From assembly GCA_021298595.1 (NCBI GenBank), contig JAJTHL010000004.1:10070-74069 (forward strand): 64,000 bases of DNA, written 5' to 3'. Shown here in pieces: positions 28,607 to 38,277 of this stretch. Under the pieces are notes generated by a model that saw only the letters and a program-made list of their open reading frames with translations, was not told the origin of the DNA and ran no database searches. How positions within the stretch are numbered: position 1 is the stretch's first letter; each line of letters opens with the position of its first letter. A program made the position numbers and the translations under genes. The DNA comes from Alphaproteobacteria bacterium. Lineage in GTDB: Bacteria; Pseudomonadota; Alphaproteobacteria; Caedimonadales; UBA1908.

Positions 28607-28970
28607 GATACACTCCCACTAAAATAACAAAAATACCGCACCACCGTGTCAAAGATAGGCTCTCCCCTAAATAATAGGCCCCCACAAGGGCCGTGAGGAC
28701 GTACCCAAGGCTCGACAGAGGGTATGCATAACTTACCTCAACCCTCGCCAAAACAAAAATCCACAAGGCAACGCTTAGCACGTATAACACAAGCCCAAAA
28801 AAAATGGCAGGATTTAACGCAAGACGCAACGACAACTCCAAAAGGTTTTGCCATGAAACTTGTACATCACCAAACGTACGTGCCCCCATCTTTAAAAGGA
28901 TTTGTGCGCCCGTGTTTAAAAGAATACAAAGGCCAATAAGGGGAAGTGTCAGCATCTTGGCGTTTATCAT
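28590..28970 (-). CDS. EamA/SMR-type flippase subunit (ArnE/F-like)
   Basis: Four TM segments; VSYAYPL.SLGYV motif. Confidence 0.85.
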   Translation of the reverse strand: MINAKMLTLPLIGLCILLNTGAQILLKMGARTFGDVQVSWQNLLELSLRLALNPAIFFGLVLYVLSVALWIFVLARVEVSYAYPLSSLGYVLTALVGAYYLGESLSLTRWCGIFVILVGVYLVTRS

Positions 28971-30641
28971 TTAGCGTTCTCCCACAAGTAAGAGATCTTG
29001 TTCTGTTTCTCCCACAATCTTAAGGTCATTGATGCCAAGATCTTTAAGATAATCAAGGGATGATTTGCGCGTGACGATGAAAAAACGACCGCCTTTCTGG
29101 TAAAGCTTGACAAAATCTTCTTGAGGCATCATCCATGCACTGGTGTTTTCGACGCCCATACCAAAACTCAGCTCGCCCTTCCAGTTTGTGACAATCACAC
29201 GCCTTCCGATATAAGGGGGTAAATCTTGATAGTAGCGATTGTGCGACACAACATGGTCTTGTGGCCTAATCTGGGCGTTAATCATCTGGGCAAGTGGCTT
29301 AATAGAGCGCCCCTCCAAAAGGGACCATGATGCATTTAAGAGAGGAAGTAAAAAGCTACTTAACACCACAATCAGAACACGAAGTCCTTGCCAATATGCC
29401 CGCAGAATCAAAGCCCCTGACCCTGCCAATGCCATCACCAACACAACGCCAAGCCAAAAGGGTCTGAGCTCTTTTGAACTCAAAAGATCCTGGGTAAAAA
29501 GCGCGATAGGCACCGCCACGGCAATCAAAAAACAGGTGACTGAAAGGGCAAGGGCCTGGCGCTTTAAAAGAGAGAGTCGCGGATGGGAAGTAGCCAGAAA
29601 AGGACCCACCAGAAGCGCCATGGGTGGAAAAACACACAGAATATAAGGAATGAGTTTTGACTTTGAAAAAGAAAAGAAAAGGAAGACAAACACAAACCAA
29701 AGGGTAAAGAACAGCTCGTTCTTTGCTCCCTTTTCTGCCCTGCCTTTAATTGCCCTCCCTAGTTGAACAAGTGCGTCTTTCAAAGGCGTGAGCAAAAAGG
29801 CGCTCCACGGCATCCATCCCACCGCAATGATGGGGATAAAAAACCAAATTGGCTGGTATCGACTATGGGCGGTTGTCAGATATCTCTCAAAATGCTCGTG
29901 GATGAAATAGAAATGCAAAAACTCAGGGTTTCTGTGCGCCGCAAGGATGTGCCAGGGGGCCGCAATCGCAAAAAAGAGCGCCACACCCCAGGGCGTAAAA
30001 GCAAGCTTGATCGGTGCGACTTCTTTGATGATAAGCGCCCATAACAAAATCACGCATCCCGGTAACACAGCACCTATGAGACCTTTTGTTAGGACAGCAA
30101 GGGCCATCATCACAAAAAAGCTTCCTAAGTACCATCGCTGTCGCAGTCGGTTGATTTCACCGTACGCCATAAAAAAGCTGAAAAGTCCAAGGCTAATCCA
30201 AGTGGAGACGGCCATATCTAAAATCAAAAGCCGGGTATGGGCGTAGTAGAGAATATTGGTCCCAAGGGCAAGGGTTGACCATGTTGCGGCGCTTACGCCG
30301 TACAGATGGTTAGAAACAAAAAAAAGTCCCATACAACCAAGAAACCCCAAAGCTGCTGGCCAAAAGCGCATGGCGGCCTCATTGACACCCCAAACTTTCA
30401 AAGAAAGGCTGGTCATCCAGTACATCAAGGGTGGCTTTTCAAAGTACTTCACGCCGTTTAGACGAGGCGTGACATAGTCGCCAGTCTCAACCATTTCACG
30501 CGCGATTTCCGTGTAGCGTCCTTCGTCAGGCGCAGAAAGGGGTCTCGTGCCTATCATGAAGGCAAAAAGAATCCCTAAAAACGCCATGACCAGCACAAAA
30601 CGCTGTAGAAAAAATCGGTTAAACGACATGGAAACGATCAC
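28971..30641 (-). CDS. arnT: Lipid A 4-amino-4-deoxy-L-arabinose transferase (GT83/ArnT family)
   Basis: PDEGRY.EIAREM, YFEKPPL.YW, LTKG and SKL.PYIL motifs. Confidence 0.9.
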   Translation of the reverse strand: MIVSMSFNRFFLQRFVLVMAFLGILFAFMIGTRPLSAPDEGRYTEIAREMVETGDYVTPRLNGVKYFEKPPLMYWMTSLSLKVWGVNEAAMRFWPAALGFLGCMGLFFVSNHLYGVSAATWSTLALGTNILYYAHTRLLILDMAVSTWISLGLFSFFMAYGEINRLRQRWYLGSFFVMMALAVLTKGLIGAVLPGCVILLWALIIKEVAPIKLAFTPWGVALFFAIAAPWHILAAHRNPEFLHFYFIHEHFERYLTTAHSRYQPIWFFIPIIAVGWMPWSAFLLTPLKDALVQLGRAIKGRAEKGAKNELFFTLWFVFVFLFFSFSKSKLIPYILCVFPPMALLVGPFLATSHPRLSLLKRQALALSVTCFLIAVAVPIALFTQDLLSSKELRPFWLGVVLVMALAGSGALILRAYWQGLRVLIVVLSSFLLPLLNASWSLLEGRSIKPLAQMINAQIRPQDHVVSHNRYYQDLPPYIGRRVIVTNWKGELSFGMGVENTSAWMMPQEDFVKLYQKGGRFFIVTRKSSLDYLKDLGINDLKIVGETEQDLLLVGER

Positions 30642-30733
30642 TTACATTATGTTCGCACTTTAGGGGCTCTACCTCAAATGTCAACGTCTATTTGCAAGGA
30701 GTGCGAAGGGGCTCTTAGCTCCCTATTGGAGGG

Positions 30734-31597
30734 TTAAAGTCTATTCAAAGGCACCTTGAGGTAATAAACACCATTTTGAGGATTCCCAAAGCTTCCTGCC
30801 CTTAGATTCACTTGAAGAGCGGGAATAAGCATTTTAGGTACTGCTTTTCCCTCATCGTCTTTTTGACGTGTTAACACGTAATCTTCTTGGGTGATGCCAG
30901 CGCGCACGCGAATATTCTTTTCTTTTTGTACCCCGATAGTTGTGGCCGCCATAATGGGACGTGATCCATCTGGGGGATAATCATGGCCTACATACATCCG
31001 GTAATGGTCAGGAAACTCCAAGAGCTTTTGACACGACACGTAAGAATCATCAGCACTACCCCCAGGAAAATCGCATCGCCCTGTTCCCACATCAGGCAAA
31101 AACATGGCATCCCCCACAAAGACGCTCTCGCCAATCACGTAGGCACCGTCAACGGGTGTGTGCCCTGGTACTGAAAGAAACATGGCATCAAGATTTCCTA
31201 TGGAAAAACGCGCGCCGTCTTCAAAAAGCATATCAAACTGCTCACCGGTCAAGGGGGTGTCAGTATCGTTTTGAAAAAGGGGCTGCCAGGTTTTGAGGAC
31301 CTCTTTGATGCGCACGCCGATCCCCGTGCGGGCGCCCAGCTTTTTCTTTAAATAAGCGGCCGCTGTCAAGTGATCTGCATGAATATGGGTTTCTAAAATC
31401 CATTCAAGGGTCAGGTCTTGCGTGTCAATAAAAGAAATTAGCGCGTCAGCGCTGTCTGTCGAGGTGCGCCCCGAAAAAATATCATAGTCCAACACACTGT
31501 CAATGACCGCACAGGCCTTTGTTTGCCCGCACCATACCACATAGGTCCACGTGGCTGTGGCTTGATCGAAGAATGTCTTAACCTGGGGTATGTCCAT
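30734..31597 (-). CDS. MBL-fold persulfide dioxygenase-like hydrolase (Blh/ETHE1-type)
   Basis: LETHIHADH, PGHT, GT.RCDFPGG, HDY and QVNLRAG motifs. Confidence 0.85.
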   Translation of the reverse strand: MDIPQVKTFFDQATATWTYVVWCGQTKACAVIDSVLDYDIFSGRTSTDSADALISFIDTQDLTLEWILETHIHADHLTAAAYLKKKLGARTGIGVRIKEVLKTWQPLFQNDTDTPLTGEQFDMLFEDGARFSIGNLDAMFLSVPGHTPVDGAYVIGESVFVGDAMFLPDVGTGRCDFPGGSADDSYVSCQKLLEFPDHYRMYVGHDYPPDGSRPIMAATTIGVQKEKNIRVRAGITQEDYVLTRQKDDEGKAVPKMLIPALQVNLRAGSFGNPQNGVYYLKVPLNRL

Positions 31598-31762
31598 GAC
31601 AGAGTCTCCTTAGAGTAAGCATGGTTATCATATCTTGTTGGAATCAAGGCACATAAATGGTTCCTCAAAAACAAAGGGCGTCGGCGTTTTTCAATCCCAG
31701 ACGGCTTTGCCTACCGTGATGGACGTGGGGCAACTTGGCCCACTTCACCATTGACAGCCGTC

Positions 31763-33070
31763 TTAGCCCGTGCGTTCCAAAGAAAAATTTACCAAAAAGA
31801 ACGCAGGCACACTATCACCGAAACCAAGGACAGGCCCCTTAGGCAAAGGAGGCCCTTTAGGGCGTCTCTCTTTGACGTGCACCACTTTGATCTCTTGGAT
31901 GTCCTCTTTCACGTGTTTTGCCTCTTTCTCTTTTGCGGCTGGCTTTTCTTCATCCACCTTAAAGGCTTGCCTTGGCAAAGCCTTACCCAACATTTTTTCG
32001 AGGGCTTTTAAATTTCTTTGCTCTTTGGTGTCCACAAAGGTGATGGCCTTGCCAGAGTTCCCAGCACGACCCGTGCGACCAATACGGTGCACGTACTCCT
32101 CGGGGTTCAAGGGAAGCCCAAGGTTAAACACCATGGGAAGGTCGGCAACATCGATTCCGCGCGCCGCGACGTCACTTGCGACCAAAAGGCTGAGTTTTCC
32201 TTCTTTAAAGGCATCTAAGGTTTCTTTTCGTTGGGATTGGCTAAGATCGCCGTGAAGCTCTCCCACACTGAATCCTTGCTTTTTTAAATCACGACAAAGC
32301 TTTGATACTTCGAGTTTTCGATTACAAAAAATAATGGCAGAGGTCGGTTTTTCCAGGGCAAGGTAGTGAAGCATCGCCTTGGGCTTTAGGGTTGACGTTG
32401 TCTCGACAATCAGCTGCTCGATGGTTTCAGCGGACACTTCTTTTGGCGTGATGGTGATTTCAGCCGGATCCTTGAGAAAGCGCTCGGCGAGTTTGCGAAT
32501 GGGTGCTGACACCGTTGCGGAAAAAAGAAGCGTTTGACGACTTGTGGGTGTTTTCGAAACGATTTTTTCAACATCCGGCACAAAACCCATGTCAAGAAGA
32601 CGATCTGCTTCGTCAATAACCAAAAATTCAAGAGCACCCAGCATAATAGAGCCACGCTCTAAGATATCAAGCATGCGGCCTGGGGTTGCAATTAAAATAT
32701 CCACGCGCTTTTTCAGCTCTTTTTCTTGCTGGGCCATGGACTCGCCTCCGATCAGGGTCACAACACCAAGCTTGGTATTCTTGCCGTACTTTTCGGCCGT
32801 CTCTTGGACTTGTTGAGCAAGTTCCCTCGTGGGGGTCAGCACCAGCGCTCTCGGCATGCGGGCGCGCACGCGACCTTCTTGAAGCTTGCTTAAAAGCGGT
32901 AGCATAAAGGACGCGGTCTTTCCCGTTCCTGTTTGGGCACATCCAAATACGTCTCGCCCGTCAAGGACAACCGGTATGGCGGCTTGTTGAATGGGAGTCG
33001 GCTCGTTGTAGCCTGCCTCGGCAACGCTTTTGAGAATGCTCTCATGGAGAGCAAAGTTATTAAAGGTCAT
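31763..33070 (-). CDS. DEAD-box RNA helicase (RhlE-like)
   Basis: AQTGTGKT, PTRELA, DEAD, SAT and HRIGRTGRAG motifs. Confidence 0.95.
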   Translation of the reverse strand: MTFNNFALHESILKSVAEAGYNEPTPIQQAAIPVVLDGRDVFGCAQTGTGKTASFMLPLLSKLQEGRVRARMPRALVLTPTRELAQQVQETAEKYGKNTKLGVVTLIGGESMAQQEKELKKRVDILIATPGRMLDILERGSIMLGALEFLVIDEADRLLDMGFVPDVEKIVSKTPTSRQTLLFSATVSAPIRKLAERFLKDPAEITITPKEVSAETIEQLIVETTSTLKPKAMLHYLALEKPTSAIIFCNRKLEVSKLCRDLKKQGFSVGELHGDLSQSQRKETLDAFKEGKLSLLVASDVAARGIDVADLPMVFNLGLPLNPEEYVHRIGRTGRAGNSGKAITFVDTKEQRNLKALEKMLGKALPRQAFKVDEEKPAAKEKEAKHVKEDIQEIKVVHVKERRPKGPPLPKGPVLGFGDSVPAFFLVNFSLERTG

Positions 33071-33443
33071 GGGTTAGAAATTCATCTCTATGTTCATCAA
33101 CACGATACACAACTTGACTATCATCAAATCCTATCAAATTGGTATCTTTTTTCTTCAGATAAGCACTTTTTAGGTCACTGGCAACTAGTTTCTTTTATTT
33201 CGTGACAAAAAAGACACATTTTAGGCTACTAAAAGGGAGGATCTTTAGAAATATCCCTAAGAATGAATCGCTCTCTTTTTAAATAAATGCTGTATGAACA
33301 GGTCATTTTTTCTTTTTCTATCATCACCACAAGAAGAAGGCTTATACCCCTATATCTTTTAGAGGGGGGCCCATTGCTTGAAGAGAAAGATCTTTTCTTT
33401 TTTGTCAAAATCTTTCCCTTTTTTAGAGCGTCATTTTATATAA

Positions 33444-34649
33444 TTACTGTATCTTCATGTCCCTTCTTTCGTCTTTTTTGATCAAATGGCCGTAGAGGAG
33501 AATACTTAAAAACGAACTCCCAAACATAAGCCCTGCAATGGGAAGGGCTGTCCCTTCAAAAAAGGTGCCCACCAAAAAGACTCCAACGGCACCAAGCGCC
33601 ATTTCAAGGGATCCCAAAAAGGCGGCACTTGTACCAACGCCTGCTTGGACTTCTCCAAAGGCAAGAGCAGTACCGTTAGGAAGGATAAACGCAAGCCCAA
33701 AGCTGAAAGGAAAGAGGAGCCCCTGGATGATTAAAGGACTTGTAAGGCTGCCATAGCTGAAGACGCCCAAAAGAAGCGCACTTATCATGCATAGACCAAG
33801 CCCTACAAGCAAAAGTGTCCTCAGACAAACGCGGTGAACAAGCTTGCTGTTAACAAGGGTGCCCAGCACATAAAGCGCCACGCCAGAAAACCCGTAGTAG
33901 CCGTAATCTTGGACAGGGACGTTAAGATAGCCCGTAAAAAGCACGGGAATACCAGAGAGCAGCCCCCAAAGCCCGCCAATCATCAGGCTTGGAATGCAAG
34001 CCATTTTAAGAAAGCGTGGATTTTGAAAGACCCCCTTGTATCCCTGCCCCATGGCTTTTAGAGAAAAGGCCGTCCGGTTTTCTTCCCGAAGGGTCTCAGG
34101 CATCCAAAGGAAAAGCAATAGCAAGAGGACAAAGGCTGCCACACTCACAACACCAAAGCACATTTGCCATCCGTAATGATAAGTCAAATACCCGCCAAGA
34201 ACAGGAGCAAGGCCCGGTGAAAGGGCGATGGCCATGCCCATGTAGGACAAGATTTCAGCGCTTTTCTTTTCATCAAAAAGATCACGCACAGCCGCAAACG
34301 ACACGACCACCGCAACCCCTGCCCCAAGCCCTTGAATAAACCTCGCCCCCAGAAGCAGGGTCATGGACGGTGCCACCAGGGAGAAAACCGACCCCACAAA
34401 GAAAAGTCCCATCCCCACGCGTAACGTCGCCCGCCGACCATACGCGTCAGAGCATGGCCCATAAAGAGGCCCAGACAACGCAAGACCCAAAAGATTAATA
34501 CTTACAGTCCACTGGACATCTGCCTCTGTGACTAAAAAATGCTGGGCCACAAGGGACAGCGAGGGGGTATAAATGGCTGTGGCCATCTCGGAAATGGCAA
34601 TTACAAGAACAAGCAAAAAGGGAACAACAACAGTAGAAGTGCGGTGCAT
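33444..34649 (-). CDS. Bcr/CflA-family MFS drug efflux transporter
   Basis: IY.PSL, YGP.SD.YGRR, RFIQGLG, P..AP.LGG and PET motifs; ~12 TM segments. Confidence 0.9.
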   Translation of the reverse strand: MHRTSTVVVPFLLVLVIAISEMATAIYTPSLSLVAQHFLVTEADVQWTVSINLLGLALSGPLYGPCSDAYGRRATLRVGMGLFFVGSVFSLVAPSMTLLLGARFIQGLGAGVAVVVSFAAVRDLFDEKKSAEILSYMGMAIALSPGLAPVLGGYLTYHYGWQMCFGVVSVAAFVLLLLLFLWMPETLREENRTAFSLKAMGQGYKGVFQNPRFLKMACIPSLMIGGLWGLLSGIPVLFTGYLNVPVQDYGYYGFSGVALYVLGTLVNSKLVHRVCLRTLLLVGLGLCMISALLLGVFSYGSLTSPLIIQGLLFPFSFGLAFILPNGTALAFGEVQAGVGTSAAFLGSLEMALGAVGVFLVGTFFEGTALPIAGLMFGSSFLSILLYGHLIKKDERRDMKIQ

Positions 34650-34677
34650 GATCCATATCCTTTAAACGTAAAATATT

Positions 34678-34857
34678 TTTTGAAGCCATGACGCTTCAAC
34701 TGACCGCACGATTAAAAGATAGGTATTGGTGATGATCATGCGGCATTGAGGGAAAATCAATGCCGGTCGCTAGGATGTTTTGATAACAGTCATTTTCAAA
34801 AAGTACTTTATTTATGAATTTCACTTTAATAATAGTCAGATCGTCAAAGTCGTGCAA
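34678..34857 (-). promoter_or_regulatory. Promoter plus leader with two uORFs and hairpins (candidate attenuator)
   Basis: TTGCAC-N17-TATTAT; uORF MTVIKTS (34770-34793); hairpin CGGCATTGA/TCAATGCCG; uORF MPHDHHQYLSFNRAVS (34696-34746); hairpin TTGAAGC/GCTTCAA. Confidence 0.5.
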
Positions 34858-34875
34858 GAACTTTGTCGGAAGCAC

Positions 34876-35340
34876 CTATTTTAGATATGCAGCAAAAAGG
34901 GCGTCCCCTTGCGCTGAAAGCCATGTTGGGAGAAGCACCGCAAGGGATTCTGGCCTGATATCCAAAGAATAAAGATCGTCAAGGGGCACCCATACAAGGG
35001 CCAAATGAGCCTCCTGGGGTTGAACCGGCAGATCTTTTTTAAGGTGGGGTGAGGTCACTTCAAAAGTCAGCATATATTCGTGCGCATGACACCGACTGCT
35101 GTGACCTGGCGCAAAGCGGTATTCCAAACACCCAAGGAACCTGGTAGCGACGCACGGCGCTCCCGTTTCTTCTTTGACCTCACGGCATAGGGCGTCTCTT
35201 GCCCCTTCTCCGCCCTCGACGTGTCCACCCGGCAGAAAATAAAAACTTTGAGGAAGATCCAAGGTTTGACACAACAGCACATGCCCCTGGTCAATGACCA
35301 CACCGCGCACCGTCACATGGATTTGATCAAAGGTGGACAT
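34876..35340 (-). CDS. NUDIX hydrolase
   Basis: Nudix box GGHVEGGE....AL.REVKEETG. Confidence 0.9.
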   Translation of the reverse strand: MSTFDQIHVTVRGVVIDQGHVLLCQTLDLPQSFYFLPGGHVEGGEGARDALCREVKEETGAPCVATRFLGCLEYRFAPGHSSRCHAHEYMLTFEVTSPHLKKDLPVQPQEAHLALVWVPLDDLYSLDIRPESLAVLLPTWLSAQGDALFAAYLK

Positions 35341-35370
35341 ACTCTGATTTCTCTTTCATTTTTTGCGCAT

Positions 35371-35400
35371 AAAAAAAGCGACGTTCGAAAACGCCGCTTT
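35371..35400 (-). terminator. Intrinsic terminator after rpsD
   Basis: GCGGCGTT-TTCG-AACGTCGC followed by a T run on the minus strand. Confidence 0.85.
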
Positions 35401-35420
35401 CAAATCCAAGGTCTCTTTTA

Positions 35421-36038
35421 TTACCTAGAATAGTATTCCACCACAAGGTGTGGTTCCATTTGAACAGGATACGGCACGTCGGCCAACGCTGGACCACGAA
35501 GGAGCGTCCCCTTAAGACCCTTGGGGTCTACCTCAAAGTAATCTGGCACTTCGCGCTCTTGTGATTGTTGGGCCTCGAGCACCACCGTAAACTCACGGGC
35601 GCGTTGACGCACTTCAACCACATCACCGTCCTTTACTTGGTAAGAGGCAATGTTTACACGACGGCCATTGACCATGACATGACCATGGTTAATGAACTGA
35701 CGCGCCGCAAAAACCGTTGAGACAAACTTCAAGCGGTAAACAACAGCGTCCAAACGACGCTCAAGAAGAGAGATCAAGTTTTCACCTGTATCCCCACGAC
35801 GGCGTGCAGCCTCTTGATAAAGGCGACGGAACTGACGCTCTCCAATATTTCCGTAGTATCCCTTGAGCTGTTGCTTTGCGCGCAACTGAATCCCATAGTC
35901 AGAAATTTTACCTTGTCGGCTTTGGCCATGCTGACCAGGCTTGTAATTTCTTGCATTCAGTGGGCTGCTGGCACGACCCCAAAGGTTCACGCCAAGGCGG
36001 CGATCAATCTTGTATTTTGACTCTAAACGCTTTGTCAT
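35421..36038 (-). CDS. rpsD: 30S ribosomal protein S4
   Basis: [17 protein letters not shown] and AARQF.NHGH motifs. Confidence 0.98.
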   Translation of the reverse strand: MTKRLESKYKIDRRLGVNLWGRASSPLNARNYKPGQHGQSRQGKISDYGIQLRAKQQLKGYYGNIGERQFRRLYQEAARRRGDTGENLISLLERRLDAVVYRLKFVSTVFAARQFINHGHVMVNGRRVNIASYQVKDGDVVEVRQRAREFTVVLEAQQSQEREVPDYFEVDPKGLKGTLLRGPALADVPYPVQMEPHLVVEYYSR

Positions 36039-36151
36039 AAACGACTCTTCTTTCCTTGTAATGCTCTAAAGCAAAAACTTCATCCACTCCACATACACCT
36101 TTTTAAAGCATTTTGTCAATGCTTCCAGGAGAGGTTTACCTGAAAATTCCG

Positions 36152-36228
36152 TGGTGCGCTCGAGAGGATTCGAACCTCCGACCCCAGGATTAGGAATCCT
36201 GTGCTCTATCCTGCTGAGCTACGAGCGC
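36152..36228 (-). tRNA. tRNA-Arg(CCT)
   Basis: GCGCTCG/CGAGCGC acceptor stem, anticodon arm CAGGA-TTCCTAA-TCCTG, GGTTCGAATCC T-loop, encoded CCA; 77 nt. Confidence 0.96.
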
Positions 36229-36294
36229 GCCCACGTGCAATCTATTACAGTGCCTGGCCTTTGCCAAGAGCACATTAATCATAATTTATTTTTT

Positions 36295-38259
36295 TTATCC
36301 TTGGCTGGCCACATTCAAGTGGTTGTTCACTTCTTCAATGTGTTCGCGTCCCGCAAGAAGTTGCACTGACGAGCCTTCAAAGTCGTTGCCCACCTCTTCA
36401 CAGCGCCCTTTTAGCACCTGGGCTAAAAACGCTTCTGTGATGGCATAGAAAGAAAGTTTATTTTCGGGCCTCACAAACCCGTGCCCTTCATCGGGATAAA
36501 GCGCGTAGGTGACGGGAATCTTTTTTTCTTGAAGGGCGGCCACGATTTGGTCCGATTCGGCTTGCTTGACCCGGGGGTCGTTGGCACCCTGGGCAATAAG
36601 AAGGGGCTTACAAATCTTGTCACAGTGGGTTAAGGGCGAGCGTTCTTTGAGGAAGGCTTGCCCCTCTGGGGTTGCTGGGTCTGCCCCCAGCATCACGCGC
36701 ATGATATCAAGGACCGGTTTCCAGTAAGGCGGAATGGACTCGATCAAGGTCAAAAGATTGGACGGTCCTACAATATCGACCCCGCACACAAAAACGTTGG
36801 GTGTCATGGAAAGCCCCACAAGGGCTGCGTATCCGCCATAGCTTCCGCCCATGATGCAGATCTGGTCAGCGGTTGTGATCCTGTGGTCCACAGCCCACTT
36901 AACCGCATCGAGCAGGTCTTCGTGCATTTTACCGGCCCACTCGCCGTTACCTGCATGGATAAAGCGTTTGCCAAACCCCGTAGAGGCCCGGTAGTTGACG
37001 CTTAGGACCGCATAACCCCGGTTAGACAGCCACTGGTGAAGGGGATTATAGCCCCACCGTTCACGCGCCCGCGGCCCCCCGTGAATTTCAAGGATCAGGG
37101 GAAGTGGTCGCCCAGGCGTGATGCCATCATCCTTTGAGCTTCCAACCGGCAAAGTCAAATAGCTTACAAGGGTCAAGCCGTCCCGTGCCTTAATCAAACA
37201 CGGATGCATCCGGGCAAGGGTTAGCCCGTCTAGAGACTTTCTACTTGAGAACAAGAATGACACTTTTTTGGCGTCACGGTCATAGGTGTAATAAAGGTGC
37301 GCTGCCCGGTCCTGGGCAAAAACCACGATCCAGCGGCGCGCATCATAGCTTAGGCTCGTGATCTCTAAATCCCCTTCGGCCTGGGTTTTAAGAAAGGCGA
37401 TTTCTTCTTCGATCTTAGGATCAAAAAACTGCCACGCTTTGCGGTCATAGTTAGCGGCCGCCCCCCAAAGGGCCTTTGTTTCAGGATGAAGCAAGATATC
37501 TTCCATATCGGCGCGCGCGTCTTCGGCCAAAAGGGTCAGCTTTTTTGTGGCAAGGCAATACTTCATGAGGGCAGCTGTGTCTCGGCCCCTGCTATCCACG
37601 ATATAAAGATGTGTTTCGTTGCCGTCAAATCCCACAAGGGAGGTTGTCATCACATCATCGGGTGAGAGGGTCAAAAACTCTTGGGGCGCTTCAGGAGCGC
37701 TGACATCCAGGTAGCGCCCTCCTCCATCAGGAAGCGCTTCAAAGGCATAGCGGCACCGAAGATCCCTATCACACAAAAAGCCCGCGTATCCTTGGTCATT
37801 TTGAAAGATAAGGGTGCGCTTTCCGGTGCGTACGTCCACCCGGTAAACATCGTGGTGGGACGGATCTCGGTCGTTTAACGAAATCAGAATCTCCCCTTCA
37901 CACCGGGGGGACGCTGCCGTAATGGACGCGTGCACCCCTTTTGTGGGGGATAACGCCACAACCTCTTTGGTGCGTACATTCAAGGAATACACCGCCCAAT
38001 TTTCATCGCCGTCCTGGTCTTGTAAGTAGACAAGATGTTCACCCGTATAGGACCACATATAGCTGCGTATCCCGCGCCCCTTGTCCTGGGTCAAAGGCGT
38101 TTTCTCAAGGGGCTTTTCCCAGGGCGCAAGCCACAGGTTCAAGACGCCGTCCAAGGGAGCAACATAAACAAGCCACTTGCCGTCGGGGCTTACCTGGACA
38201 TTCAAGTGATCAGGGTTGCTGAAAAACGTGCGACGCGGAATAAGAGGGGCTTGGGTCAT
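36295..38259 (-). CDS. S9 family peptidase (dipeptidyl/acylaminoacyl peptidase)
   Basis: HGGP, GGSYGG, NDPRV and DEGHGF catalytic motifs. Confidence 0.93.
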   Translation of the reverse strand: MTQAPLIPRRTFFSNPDHLNVQVSPDGKWLVYVAPLDGVLNLWLAPWEKPLEKTPLTQDKGRGIRSYMWSYTGEHLVYLQDQDGDENWAVYSLNVRTKEVVALSPTKGVHASITAASPRCEGEILISLNDRDPSHHDVYRVDVRTGKRTLIFQNDQGYAGFLCDRDLRCRYAFEALPDGGGRYLDVSAPEAPQEFLTLSPDDVMTTSLVGFDGNETHLYIVDSRGRDTAALMKYCLATKKLTLLAEDARADMEDILLHPETKALWGAAANYDRKAWQFFDPKIEEEIAFLKTQAEGDLEITSLSYDARRWIVVFAQDRAAHLYYTYDRDAKKVSFLFSSRKSLDGLTLARMHPCLIKARDGLTLVSYLTLPVGSSKDDGITPGRPLPLILEIHGGPRARERWGYNPLHQWLSNRGYAVLSVNYRASTGFGKRFIHAGNGEWAGKMHEDLLDAVKWAVDHRITTADQICIMGGSYGGYAALVGLSMTPNVFVCGVDIVGPSNLLTLIESIPPYWKPVLDIMRVMLGADPATPEGQAFLKERSPLTHCDKICKPLLIAQGANDPRVKQAESDQIVAALQEKKIPVTYALYPDEGHGFVRPENKLSFYAITEAFLAQVLKGRCEEVGNDFEGSSVQLLAGREHIEEVNNHLNVASQG

Positions 38260-38277
38260 GGACAGGTATCCTTTCTT

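Noticed and set aside
33071..33443. AT-rich intergenic region as replication origin, or the 64-aa ORF within it
   Set aside because: No DnaA-box cluster seen. More simply the helicase promoter and long 5' UTR; the ORF looks compositional.
36152..36228. tRNA-Arg as genomic island integration site
   Set aside because: No integrase and no duplicated tRNA 3' end noticed; rpsD lies directly downstream.
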